Below, piece by piece: positions 54,057 to 62,413 of a stretch of 64,000 nucleotides of DNA. How positions within the stretch are numbered: position 1 is the stretch's first letter; each line of letters starts with the position of its first letter. The notes under the pieces are model-generated. The model worked only from the letters and a program-made list of their open reading frames with translations. It had not been told where the DNA came from and did not search any database. The stretch spans positions 248,001-312,000 of IMG/VR virus record IMGVR_UViG_3300046616_000314; one strand, given 5' to 3'. Position numbers and translations under genes: made by a program.

Positions 54057-55320
54057 TACATTTGCAGTAATGTCGGCTGATGAATTTAGAGAATTTATCA
54101 ACCGCACGCGCGAGATCAATTCAGACCTAGCACCGGGGCATGACAATTTCCACACGGATCGAATCAAGTACGTCTATCCTTTGGATAAGAATGAGCATTT
54201 GGTTGTGCTCAACGGTGATCACATTATTGCTATGGCAGGCGTTGAAACCAATCCGTATGACCATGAACAGCTTTGGATTAAGTATGTAAGCGTTGACCCA
54301 GAATATCGCGGTCAAGGTCTAGGGCGTTTCCTTCTAGAAAAGGTTTTCCAATACGCGGTCGCCCATGGTCAGAAGGTCAAGAATAGCAGCTTCACCGAAC
54401 TAGGCGCCGAACGTCTCAAGCATCTGCACCCGGAATTCGAGAAGAAATATCCACAAGCTGCATTCGCCCGAAACGAACAGGGTAAGTACGTAAACTCTCG
54501 CGGTCAGGTCATGGAAGAATGCAACTTCACGCTTGAGCGCGAAGCGGCGAGCCATCTACCTACGGAATGGCTGAACGAAGCATCGACCGAAACCCCGGAT
54601 GCCCCAACGGTCGATACGACCAAGGATGGTCAGACGATCACCTTTGAGCGTTTCAAGGATATCGAAGGCAATAAGAATCGCGGCTGGCGCGTAGACAAAA
54701 TCGAAGCCAAGATCGGTAACGAGTTAGTGGGCTACATTAAGATTTCGTATATTCCGAAGACTCGCTTCAGACAATATTACAAGAGTGTCTTCAATTTTGC
54801 TCATCAGATGCTAGGTCAGACTGTCTTTCCATTCGGAAAAGAAACTGCCTCACTAGAAAGCTTGAATAACAAAGAATTGTTTGACGCACTCTACCGTGTA
54901 TACAGAGAAAAGAGTTACAGTTTAGCCGAGCAACTAGACCCTAAGATGCCACGCAAGCAAGTTATGCTTTTGCTTAAGAAGCAAGAGTTGGCGTGGATGA
55001 ACGATGAAACTAACGAACCGTATGGTGAGAAATTCAAGAAGTTCTATCGCTACCACGTTGATAAGCCGATGGTCGATGCGATTCGCGTCGAAGATGGTAG
55101 CGGATCATTGGGTACCGCCGGTAAGCCGTCACATTTGCGTAGAGGAATCGGGCGCAAGCTCTATGCCGCCGCGTCAGAATGGATGCAAGAACGCGGTCTA
55201 CGACTACACGCATCGGGTTGCCAGACGAACGATGCCAAGGCGTGCTGGACAAAGTTTGATTCTGAAGGCGGCGTTAAGAGCGATGCCGATGGACGCCGTT
55301 ATATCGATTTCATGAAATAA
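54049..55320 (+). CDS. Tandem GNAT acetyltransferase-domain protein
   Basis: Motif A twice: VSVDPEYRGQGLG and HLRRGIGRKLY...SGCQTNDAKACW. Confidence 0.8.
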   Translation: MDNTFAVMSADEFREFINRTREINSDLAPGHDNFHTDRIKYVYPLDKNEHLVVLNGDHIIAMAGVETNPYDHEQLWIKYVSVDPEYRGQGLGRFLLEKVFQYAVAHGQKVKNSSFTELGAERLKHLHPEFEKKYPQAAFARNEQGKYVNSRGQVMEECNFTLEREAASHLPTEWLNEASTETPDAPTVDTTKDGQTITFERFKDIEGNKNRGWRVDKIEAKIGNELVGYIKISYIPKTRFRQYYKSVFNFAHQMLGQTVFPFGKETASLESLNNKELFDALYRVYREKSYSLAEQLDPKMPRKQVMLLLKKQELAWMNDETNEPYGEKFKKFYRYHVDKPMVDAIRVEDGSGSLGTAGKPSHLRRGIGRKLYAAASEWMQERGLRLHASGCQTNDAKACWTKFDSEGGVKSDADGRRYIDFMK

Positions 55321-55373
55321 CGGAACCAAACCGCTATTCGAGTATTTTGGTACTGAACCGTGCGGAGGTACCA

Positions 55374-55517
55374 ATGTTCTTCAAATCTAAAAAGATCATC
55401 AAAGTAGAAAAGCAGCCGAGCATCAATCGCTATCTCATCGATCAAATGATGAAAGCGAACCCGGCTGCTTCATATGTCGTAGACATCGGCACTAAGGGCA
55501 AGTTTACTCAGTCTTGA
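55374..55517 (+). CDS. 47 aa hypothetical protein
   Basis: Manual; GGAGG RBS; MFFKSKKIIKVEKQPSINRYLIDQMMKANP... Confidence 0.55.
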   Translation: MFFKSKKIIKVEKQPSINRYLIDQMMKANPAASYVVDIGTKGKFTQS

Positions 55518-55782
55518 TGAACTTGCTCTGGTGTTGCGCCATGTCCTCTGGGGACTCGTAACCGAGCAATTGCCACTCGGGAATCGGGAGAACCAGAGGC
55601 AGGACGAAGTAGCGCATATGCGCGTTGTCCACCGTTTGTTGAGCCTTGGCTTTCCACGCGGCGCGAGCTTGAGCCGGATCGCTGAAGACACCAACCACGT
55701 CAAGGTTGTCTGGGTCCTTGAAGATCGTGCCTTGAACGTGAACCAGTTCACCGCCGATTACCAGTAGAAGTTTCTGTTCCAT
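55504..55782 (-). CDS. DUF4170-family protein (alphaproteobacterial)
   Basis: LLVIGGEL...LDVVGVF...AWKAKAQQTVDNAHMRYF. Confidence 0.85.
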   Translation of the reverse strand: MEQKLLLVIGGELVHVQGTIFKDPDNLDVVGVFSDPAQARAAWKAKAQQTVDNAHMRYFVLPLVLPIPEWQLLGYESPEDMAQHQSKFIKTE

Positions 55783-55789
55783 CTTACCC

Positions 55790-56143
55790 TCACAAATTGA
55801 TTTTTAGCATCATCATGTCGGCGTCAAACATTTCCTTGTCGCCGTTCCATGCGAAACAATCGCAGCTTTTGTCAGTGATATTATGCTGACTCGAAAAGCT
55901 GTAAAATTCAGCAACCCATTCATCCGCTTCAATTATGAAATGGGTAGATGAATTGGTCTTGAGTTGCCCGTAGTCTTCCGCCGGTTGGAAAAAGATTTTT
56001 ACCGTGAAGTTCTTGCCAGAAAAATCCACGTGCCGCATGGCGCCGCATTTTTCCTTACCATTCCCGAAGAAGAAAGAATCCAACTCGGGTAGAACGAAGC
56101 GCATCAAGAGACGCTTATATTCCGGCTCAATGATGCGCTTCAT
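55790..56143 (-). CDS. Hypothetical protein, family-B-like
   Basis: ADEWVAEF..., tail MFDADMMMLKINL. Confidence 0.65.
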   Translation of the reverse strand: MKRIIEPEYKRLLMRFVLPELDSFFFGNGKEKCGAMRHVDFSGKNFTVKIFFQPAEDYGQLKTNSSTHFIIEADEWVAEFYSFSSQHNITDKSCDCFAWNGDKEMFDADMMMLKINL

Positions 56144-56148
56144 CGTTC

Positions 56149-57942
56149 CTAGTTCCGCCAGCGGTTCACGATGGGATAGCGACGATCCCGACCAAAAATC
56201 TTGCTTCCGATCTTAACACCGGGAGCCGCTTGGCGACGCTTGTATTCAGCGTTATCCACAAGTTTGCGGATTTTCTGAACAACATCCAATCGAACTTCAA
56301 GTTCGACAACGATGTCAGCGACCGACAGTTCTTCTTCGATCATCGCCTTGAGGATCGAATCGAGAACCGGATAGGGCGGCAGGCTGTCTTCGTCCTTTTG
56401 ATCGGGACGCAGTTCAGCCGAAGGCGGCTTCACGATGATCTCTTCGGGAACCACTTGAGTTGCCCGACCCAAGAAGCCAAATTCCGTCAGATATTTTTGC
56501 GGAATGGCATTGCGCCAGCGGCACAAGTCCCAAACCGTCGTCTTGTAGCAATCCTTGATCGGATTGAAGCCACCGCTCATGTCGCCGTAGAGGGTCGAGT
56601 AACCCACGCTGACTTCCGACTTGTTGCCGGTGGTCAGGAGGATATGACCCTCTTGGTTGGAGATCGCCATCAGGATAGTACCACGGGCACGCGCCTGGAT
56701 ATTTTCATCCGCAACGCCTTCAAGCTCACGAAGACCAGCAGTCATACCCTTTTCGTACTGGGCACTGCTATAGGCAACGCGCAGCGAATTCACGACGTTC
56801 TCAATCGGGATGGTTCGCATTTGCGCACCAAGGCGATCAGCCCCGGCTTCTGCATCCGATAGCGAGTGATCCGAAGAGAATGCCGAAGGCAGGCGAACCA
56901 AGTGAACGTTCTCGGGACCGATGGCGTCACAGGCGACAGCCGCGACCAGACCGGAGTCCACCCCGCCGCTGTAGCCGAGAACCACTGACTTGAAGCCTTG
57001 CTTTAGAAGGTAGTCACGGGTACCGAGCACGACAGCTTGATAGATTTCCTGTTCGTGTGGTGTAACGATCTTCGGATAAAGATGCAAGGGAGCCCGATTT
57101 TCCGGCGGCTTGATCCAGTGCGAGAACGAACCGTCATCGCGCACCGAGCCCACAATCGTAGTCGGAACGCCCGCGTCATTATATTCGAAATGGCGCGAAC
57201 GGGTTTGCGGGTGGAATTCGAAGGCGAACAAACCTTCTTTGAAATATGGCGCCGACTGATAGCCCTTGGCGTCGTAGTAGAACGATCCGCCGTCGAACAC
57301 CAGTTCGTCTTGACCACCGATCATGTTGACGTACAGGAACGGCAAGCCGGTTTCCTTGATGCGGTTGGCGATCACTTGGTGACGAGTGACATTCTTACCG
57401 GCTTCGAACGGTGAACCGTTGATGCTCAGAAGGAACGTGGCGTCATTGTCCGACAGCGAACGGCTCACGCTGGGGAACCAGCAGTCTTCGCAGATCATCA
57501 GACCGATGCGTTGACCCCGGAATTCGATGGGAAACGGTTCGGCGGTATTTGCTTCGAACACGCGCTTTTCATCGAACACACCGTAGTTCGGTAGTTCGGT
57601 CTTGTGGATCAGATCGACCTTCTTGAGAACCGGATCGATCAAGTACGCACTGTTGCGCGGTTTGACGTTGCCCTTCGTCGGCGTGCCGAAGATGATCCCG
57701 GCGTCCATGAAGCCGCCGCCCATGACAGCATCAATGATGCGTTGGTTGGCGCGTTCAACCGCGTCCATGAACGAATGGCGCGACACCAAGTCTTCGATGG
57801 GATAGCCGGTCACGGCGCACTCTGGGAAGACGACCAGATCAAAGCCCGATTTTGCGGCGTTCTCGTATTGGGCAATGATTTGATCCGCGTTGCCGACGAT
57901 ATCACCGACGACCGGGTTAAATTGAATGACAGCAATTCTCAT
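56149..57942 (-). CDS. nadE: Glutamine-dependent NAD+ synthetase
   Basis: Nitrilase-fold glutaminase with E-K-C triad (FPECAVTGY, KTELPNYGVFDEKR, ICEDCW) plus synthetase SGGVDS, ENIQARARG, TGNKSE, YKRRQAAPG. Confidence 0.97.
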   Translation of the reverse strand: MRIAVIQFNPVVGDIVGNADQIIAQYENAAKSGFDLVVFPECAVTGYPIEDLVSRHSFMDAVERANQRIIDAVMGGGFMDAGIIFGTPTKGNVKPRNSAYLIDPVLKKVDLIHKTELPNYGVFDEKRVFEANTAEPFPIEFRGQRIGLMICEDCWFPSVSRSLSDNDATFLLSINGSPFEAGKNVTRHQVIANRIKETGLPFLYVNMIGGQDELVFDGGSFYYDAKGYQSAPYFKEGLFAFEFHPQTRSRHFEYNDAGVPTTIVGSVRDDGSFSHWIKPPENRAPLHLYPKIVTPHEQEIYQAVVLGTRDYLLKQGFKSVVLGYSGGVDSGLVAAVACDAIGPENVHLVRLPSAFSSDHSLSDAEAGADRLGAQMRTIPIENVVNSLRVAYSSAQYEKGMTAGLRELEGVADENIQARARGTILMAISNQEGHILLTTGNKSEVSVGYSTLYGDMSGGFNPIKDCYKTTVWDLCRWRNAIPQKYLTEFGFLGRATQVVPEEIIVKPPSAELRPDQKDEDSLPPYPVLDSILKAMIEEELSVADIVVELEVRLDVVQKIRKLVDNAEYKRRQAAPGVKIGSKIFGRDRRYPIVNRWRN

Positions 57943-57944
57943 TT

Positions 57945-58286
57945 TTATTCCTCAATATCAACGGGAGTGATATGCCAAACCGAACGGCTCTGGGGTTTCA
58001 CTCCGGTACGCATGGCGTCCATCACTTGACTGATATTACTGATTCCGCCAGTAATTTCAACAAAGCCAACGCCGACGATGTTTAGGGCAAGCGCATCCGC
58101 ACCCGCCGTGATGTTTTGAACCTTGTCATTCTTAAGAATGATTTCAGTACAATCGACCAAGTTCTTGATGTTCTTGATCGCTTTCACGTGTCCAATTTTC
58201 AGAGCCACCTTGGCTGCATCATCTTCATTGTGGGCGAAGATGCTGCAACCAGAGTTGGCAGAATTGGTGATGCGGTAGATACGCAT
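57945..58286 (-). CDS. Hypothetical protein inside the NAD operon
   Basis: 113 aa ORF abutting pncA and nadE. Confidence 0.7.
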   Translation of the reverse strand: MRIYRITNSANSGCSIFAHNEDDAAKVALKIGHVKAIKNIKNLVDCTEIILKNDKVQNITAGADALALNIVGVGFVEITGGISNISQVMDAMRTGVKPQSRSVWHITPVDIEE

Positions 58287-58931
58287 TTAGTCCTCGTGCG
58301 GATAGGCGTGAGCGAAGGTCAGGTTTTCGTTACCCGGAAACTCTTCCAAGATAACTTGCTGCATGTCGCGCACGATGCCCTTGGTCAGGTCAGCCATGAC
58401 GATCACCTTGAAGCCACGCTTCAGGAAACCTTCAATCGCCCAAAAGACGCAGAAGTCGGCAGCAAAACCGGTGATGATGATCGTATCGACGCCTTGCGCC
58501 TTCAGATCGGCGAAGAATTCATCGCGATCATAGTACGAGTTGGTCAGCGCGAGACGCAGATCGCGCAGATACAACTTGTCTTCTTCCCACATATTGAAGA
58601 CGCCCTTTTCCAGGGCATAGACCGGGATGGCGAAATTGATCAACGCCGGATTGATGACGTTCTCCCAACCGGGTGTGCCCTTTTCACAGTGCAGATTGAA
58701 GCCTGGGGCGCCCACTTCCGGGTTGCCGAGATTTTCCGGCGAGCCGATGAAGGTTTCTTCGGTGTGCGTATCGAAGGTGTTCAGAACACCCGCGATTTCG
58801 TCAGGGTTCAAGCTGGCGTTCCAACGCAGCAGCTTGGAAACCACGGCTTCAGCACCTTCCACCGGCAGGGCAAAGCCCTTGAAGATGAAATCGGCTTGGG
58901 TATCAACGTTGACCACAAATTTGTTTTTCAT
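58287..58931 (-). CDS. pncA: Nicotinamidase (isochorismatase family)
   Basis: VDTQADF, DTH, HC..GTPG, KG, GFAADFCV catalytic D-K-C and metal ligands; operon context. Confidence 0.9.
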   Translation of the reverse strand: MKNKFVVNVDTQADFIFKGFALPVEGAEAVVSKLLRWNASLNPDEIAGVLNTFDTHTEETFIGSPENLGNPEVGAPGFNLHCEKGTPGWENVINPALINFAIPVYALEKGVFNMWEEDKLYLRDLRLALTNSYYDRDEFFADLKAQGVDTIIITGFAADFCVFWAIEGFLKRGFKVIVMADLTKGIVRDMQQVILEEFPGNENLTFAHAYPHED

Positions 58932-58943
58932 AATATTTTTTCC

Positions 58944-60278
58944 TTAAACCAGAACCGGAGCACCATCGAGACCTTCGATCCCGAACAGTGCGCGGTAGCG
59001 GTCCACTTCAGAGGCGGGACCAGTTGCCTTGTTATAGTTGTCCGACATCTTCACGGCAGGACGCCCATCGGCATCCTTGATCTTGGCAACAACCGAGATC
59101 GAACCCATGTAGTCGTCAGCTTCGCCAGGGACGCAGCCATAGAAATCGTTCGACAGGTTGGTACCCCAACCAAAGCCCATGCGGACCTTGCCACGGAAGT
59201 AGGCTTCGATTTCCAAGATGTCTTCACCGTGGGTGTCGTAGCCATCGATCTTGACATCAAGACCGTCGCTGAAAATAATCAGCTTTTCTTGCGGGTTCTC
59301 GCCGTGCGTCTTCCAATATTTGATCAGTTCGTCACCGCCAGGAATCGGCTTCTTGGAGTCGGGGCGAGCACCCGTCCACTGAGAAACCCATTGCGGGGCA
59401 TTCTCAAGGAACTGGGTCGTGCCGAACGTGTCGGGCAGGAAGACCAGCAGTCCGCCGCGATATTGCGCCGCCCACTTCAGGAGCACCTTGTATTGTGCAT
59501 CCTTCAGTTCGGCATCGTCTTGCGCCAGAGCCGCCAGGGTCATCGGTAGTTCATGGGCGTTCGTGCCCTTGGCTTCCAAACCATGCTTCATGGCGAGATA
59601 TGCGTTCGACGTACCGGTGAAGCGGTCGCCAAGAACTTCCTTCGCCAGCAGCATGGCGTATTCTTGCCAAAGGAAGCTATGGCGACGGCGAGTGGCGAAG
59701 TCCGTCAGGTTCAGGTCTTCGACAGTCGCCAGCTTTTCGAGCTTGGCGTACAGCTTCGCCTTGGCGCGGGCATACATGATGTCGATTTGGGTAGCCGTCA
59801 GCTTTGACATCCGCGAACGAGCAAGAAGCTCATTGATGATGGTCAGTGCGTAGATTTCCCAAAGCGTCACTTCGGTCCAAGTGCCGTGGAATTCGAGGAT
59901 GTATTGACCGGTTTCTTCGTCAACTTCCAATGAATATTCCGGCAGTTGGAACGTCTTCAGATATTCGATATAGCCCGGCTTGAACAGTCGGTCTTGACCG
60001 TAGAAGGTGTTTCCCTTGAGCCAGTGAATCTCGTTCGGCTGGAAACGCAGCGTGCGAGCATGGTCGAGTTGCGCGCGGAGTTGCTTGATATTGATGTTCC
60101 GCGCGAGCTTCACTCGCTTGGTACGATTGGTGACGGCGAACGTCACCTTCGTATTGAAGAAATCTTCACGGATAAGCTGTTGCATCAGCAGCTTATAAAA
60201 ATCGATGTCCAGCAGCGACCGAACGATGGGGTCGATGTCGTAAAGAAGGGCGTCTTTGGCGCGTTTTGCAAAATCCAT
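58944..60278 (-). CDS. pncB: Nicotinate phosphoribosyltransferase
   Basis: SLLDIDFYKLLM, DFATRRRHS, GTSN, GTNAHE, LPDTFGT, RPDS, FSDGL, FGWGTNL, K(M)SDN. Confidence 0.96.
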   Translation of the reverse strand: MDFAKRAKDALLYDIDPIVRSLLDIDFYKLLMQQLIREDFFNTKVTFAVTNRTKRVKLARNINIKQLRAQLDHARTLRFQPNEIHWLKGNTFYGQDRLFKPGYIEYLKTFQLPEYSLEVDEETGQYILEFHGTWTEVTLWEIYALTIINELLARSRMSKLTATQIDIMYARAKAKLYAKLEKLATVEDLNLTDFATRRRHSFLWQEYAMLLAKEVLGDRFTGTSNAYLAMKHGLEAKGTNAHELPMTLAALAQDDAELKDAQYKVLLKWAAQYRGGLLVFLPDTFGTTQFLENAPQWVSQWTGARPDSKKPIPGGDELIKYWKTHGENPQEKLIIFSDGLDVKIDGYDTHGEDILEIEAYFRGKVRMGFGWGTNLSNDFYGCVPGEADDYMGSISVVAKIKDADGRPAVKMSDNYNKATGPASEVDRYRALFGIEGLDGAPVLV

Positions 60279-60283
60279 AATAA

Positions 60284-61375
60284 TTAAACTTTCTTAATCA
60301 GAGCTTCGGAGTCGCTGATCATCTTCCAATGATCTTCGAAATATTCGTAACGCGGAATGGTATCCGGGTCCTTCCAAACGGCGCGCTTGGCGTCCGACGC
60401 CGCGCGAACCTTCGGATACGCCAGGGCTTCGCGAACCTTGGTGATATCGGTCACGCCCGGCGGAATCTTCGGAGTCAGATTGATGAAGGTGGTGTGGCTG
60501 ACGGTGCGCTTGCGAGTCGAGCGATTGGGATCATCGTAGGTTTTTTCGCCGATGATGCTGTTGCGTAGAGTTTCGCGAGCGACCTTCAGACGGGTCTCTT
60601 CGTACAGTTCCTTGATCGCAGCGTCCGCAGCCGTTTGATTTTCGCAGTGACCACCGGGGACCGCCCACAGACCCTTACCGGGGAAGCCGCCGCGCTGGAC
60701 CAAAAGAACCTTGCGCGCTTGGCGAACGACCGAATCCGCCGTGTAGAAAATCGGCGGATAGGGAGCACTGTCCCATTGCCCCAGATAGTTTTGCATGAAC
60801 ACCTTCTCGGCAAGAAGGCTTTCAAGATATTCGGGGGTTTGACGGAATTCTTGAAGGAAGGCGATCACGCCTGGGGCGAGATATTCAGTCGCTTCGCCGT
60901 TCAGGAATTCCGAGACGAGGCGTTGATCTTCGACAATATATTTGTCGCGCGCATAGGTCGCGTTGATCCCACGGAAGTTGGGGACTTCGACGCTTTCCCA
61001 ATCGGGGAACTGCGACAGATAATAGCCGGTGGGTTGATCTTTCTTGTGACCGACAAGGGCGGTGGGATCATCTTGAACGATATCCCGCGTGGCATCATGC
61101 ACGGCGGCTTGCCATTGCGAAATGTTGCCATAGTCCATGACGTTGACGAACTTGACCCGACGCAGTTGTTCGGGAGGCAGCATACGCCGCCACATTTCTT
61201 CACGTTCAAATTCTCGGAAGGGAACATGGTCCCATCGCCGTGCGGCGAAAGAAGAACCGTTGACGACAACTAGTTCTTCGCATTCTTGTAGCCCGGCTGC
61301 AACTACGGCGCCGTGAGCTAGTGTTACTGGTTGACCGCGAACAACGGTCACACCGTGACGATAACGATACTTCAA
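60284..61375 (-). CDS. nadM: Bifunctional (Na)MN adenylyltransferase / Nudix ADP-ribose pyrophosphatase (NadM-Nudix)
   Basis: RGQPVTLAH (HxGH variant), VGHKKD..YYL..FP.W, INAT; Nudix PPIFYTAD..VLLVQR..PGKGLWAVPGG...KELYEET, ASDA. Confidence 0.9.
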   Translation of the reverse strand: MKYRYRHGVTVVRGQPVTLAHGAVVAAGLQECEELVVVNGSSFAARRWDHVPFREFEREEMWRRMLPPEQLRRVKFVNVMDYGNISQWQAAVHDATRDIVQDDPTALVGHKKDQPTGYYLSQFPDWESVEVPNFRGINATYARDKYIVEDQRLVSEFLNGEATEYLAPGVIAFLQEFRQTPEYLESLLAEKVFMQNYLGQWDSAPYPPIFYTADSVVRQARKVLLVQRGGFPGKGLWAVPGGHCENQTAADAAIKELYEETRLKVARETLRNSIIGEKTYDDPNRSTRKRTVSHTTFINLTPKIPPGVTDITKVREALAYPKVRAASDAKRAVWKDPDTIPRYEYFEDHWKMISDSEALIKKV

Positions 61376-61430
61376 GGTAAATCCTACCGAGCTATGGTAG
61401 CGCGTGGACTATTCCTGCGCCATGTTTTTA

Positions 61431-61459
61431 TTTATACCAAACTTTTTTCGTAAACGCAA
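61431..61459 (-). promoter_or_regulatory. Promoter of the NAD operon (TTGCGT-N17-TATAAA, overlapping TATAAATA)
   Basis: Both a sigma70-like spacing and an exact late consensus at 61429-61436. Confidence 0.55.
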
Positions 61460-61476
61460 TTAAAAAATGCGGGCAA

Positions 61477-61506
61477 GAAAAAGCCCGGCGATTGCTCGCC
61501 GGGCTC
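61477..61506 (-). terminator. Intrinsic terminator after mucR
   Basis: GAGCCCGGCGAG-CAAT-CGCCGGGCTTTTT (minus strand). Confidence 0.85.
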
Positions 61507-61535
61507 TTGTAGTCTCTATAGCTGGCGCCGAGAGA

Positions 61536-62090
61536 TTAGGCTTCGGTCGAAGCCAGATCAGCAGCGGCGTTCTTGGCTTCCGATTCCACGACGGTTTCCT
61601 TGGCGGGCTTGCGAGCCTTGGTCGCCTTCGGAGCCTTCGCAGCCGGGGCAGCAGCCTTCGCCTTGCGACCGCCTTGACCCAGACCCAGAGCCTTCGCCAT
61701 CGCCGAACGGGCTTCCGAGTAGGCGGGCGCCGTGGTCGGGTAGTCGTTCGGGAGACCGAACTTCGCCTTGTATTCGGCGACGGTCATGCCGTTGGTGGTC
61801 AGGTGACGCTTCAGGGTCTTGTAGGGCTTGCCGTCGATGAAGCTGATCAGCGCGTCGTTGGTCACGGACTTGCGGATTTGAGCCGGGGTCGCCTTGGCTT
61901 GCTCGTCAGCGACGACAGCGACCGGCGAAGCGGCGTTGGTCAGACCGGTCAGAGCCGCCGAAATGGCGCCGATGACGCCGGGGATGTCGGTCGCCGACAC
62001 GGCGTTGTGCGAGAAATAGGCACCAGCAACAGCGGCGGTCAGTTCGACGGTCGAAGTCGCGGACGACACGGGTTGAGTTTGATCAGTCAT
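61536..62090 (-). CDS. mucR: MucR/Ros family transcriptional regulator (Zn-free type) with Ala/Lys-rich tail
   Basis: ELTAAVAGAYFSHN, PAQIRKSV..DALISFIDGKPYKTLKRHL, YKAKFGLPNDYP.TAPAYSEARS.MAKALGLG. Confidence 0.95.
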   Translation of the reverse strand: MTDQTQPVSSATSTVELTAAVAGAYFSHNAVSATDIPGVIGAISAALTGLTNAASPVAVVADEQAKATPAQIRKSVTNDALISFIDGKPYKTLKRHLTTNGMTVAEYKAKFGLPNDYPTTAPAYSEARSAMAKALGLGQGGRKAKAAAPAAKAPKATKARKPAKETVVESEAKNAAADLASTEA

Positions 62091-62152
62091 ATTCGCTCTC
62101 TGTCTGTTTCACAAAAGGATGCCGCAACCATCAGCGGCGTTGGAGAGCCTTG

Positions 62153-62181
62153 AAATTAGTTCGCTGCTTTCAAGGTGTCAA
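62153..62181 (-). promoter_or_regulatory. sigma70-type promoter of mucR
   Basis: TTGACA-N17-TAATTT. Confidence 0.7.
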
Positions 62182-62413
62182 CAGCACTCATAGAGATTTT
62201 TTGATTTTATGCTGTTTTGGCAAGCCTAGACACTGATTTTAGACCAACGGATACATGAGCTAGATGCAAAAGGTTTAATGAAAAAATCAATAAAATCATA
62301 TAGTTATGGTGGAGGTTCCGTAGAGGCTCACCGCTTTGGGGGCTTCTGAAACTTTTTTTGCTTTTTTGCTTGGAACCAAAGCTTTTCGAAAGATATTGCG
62401 CGTAAAAGGGACC

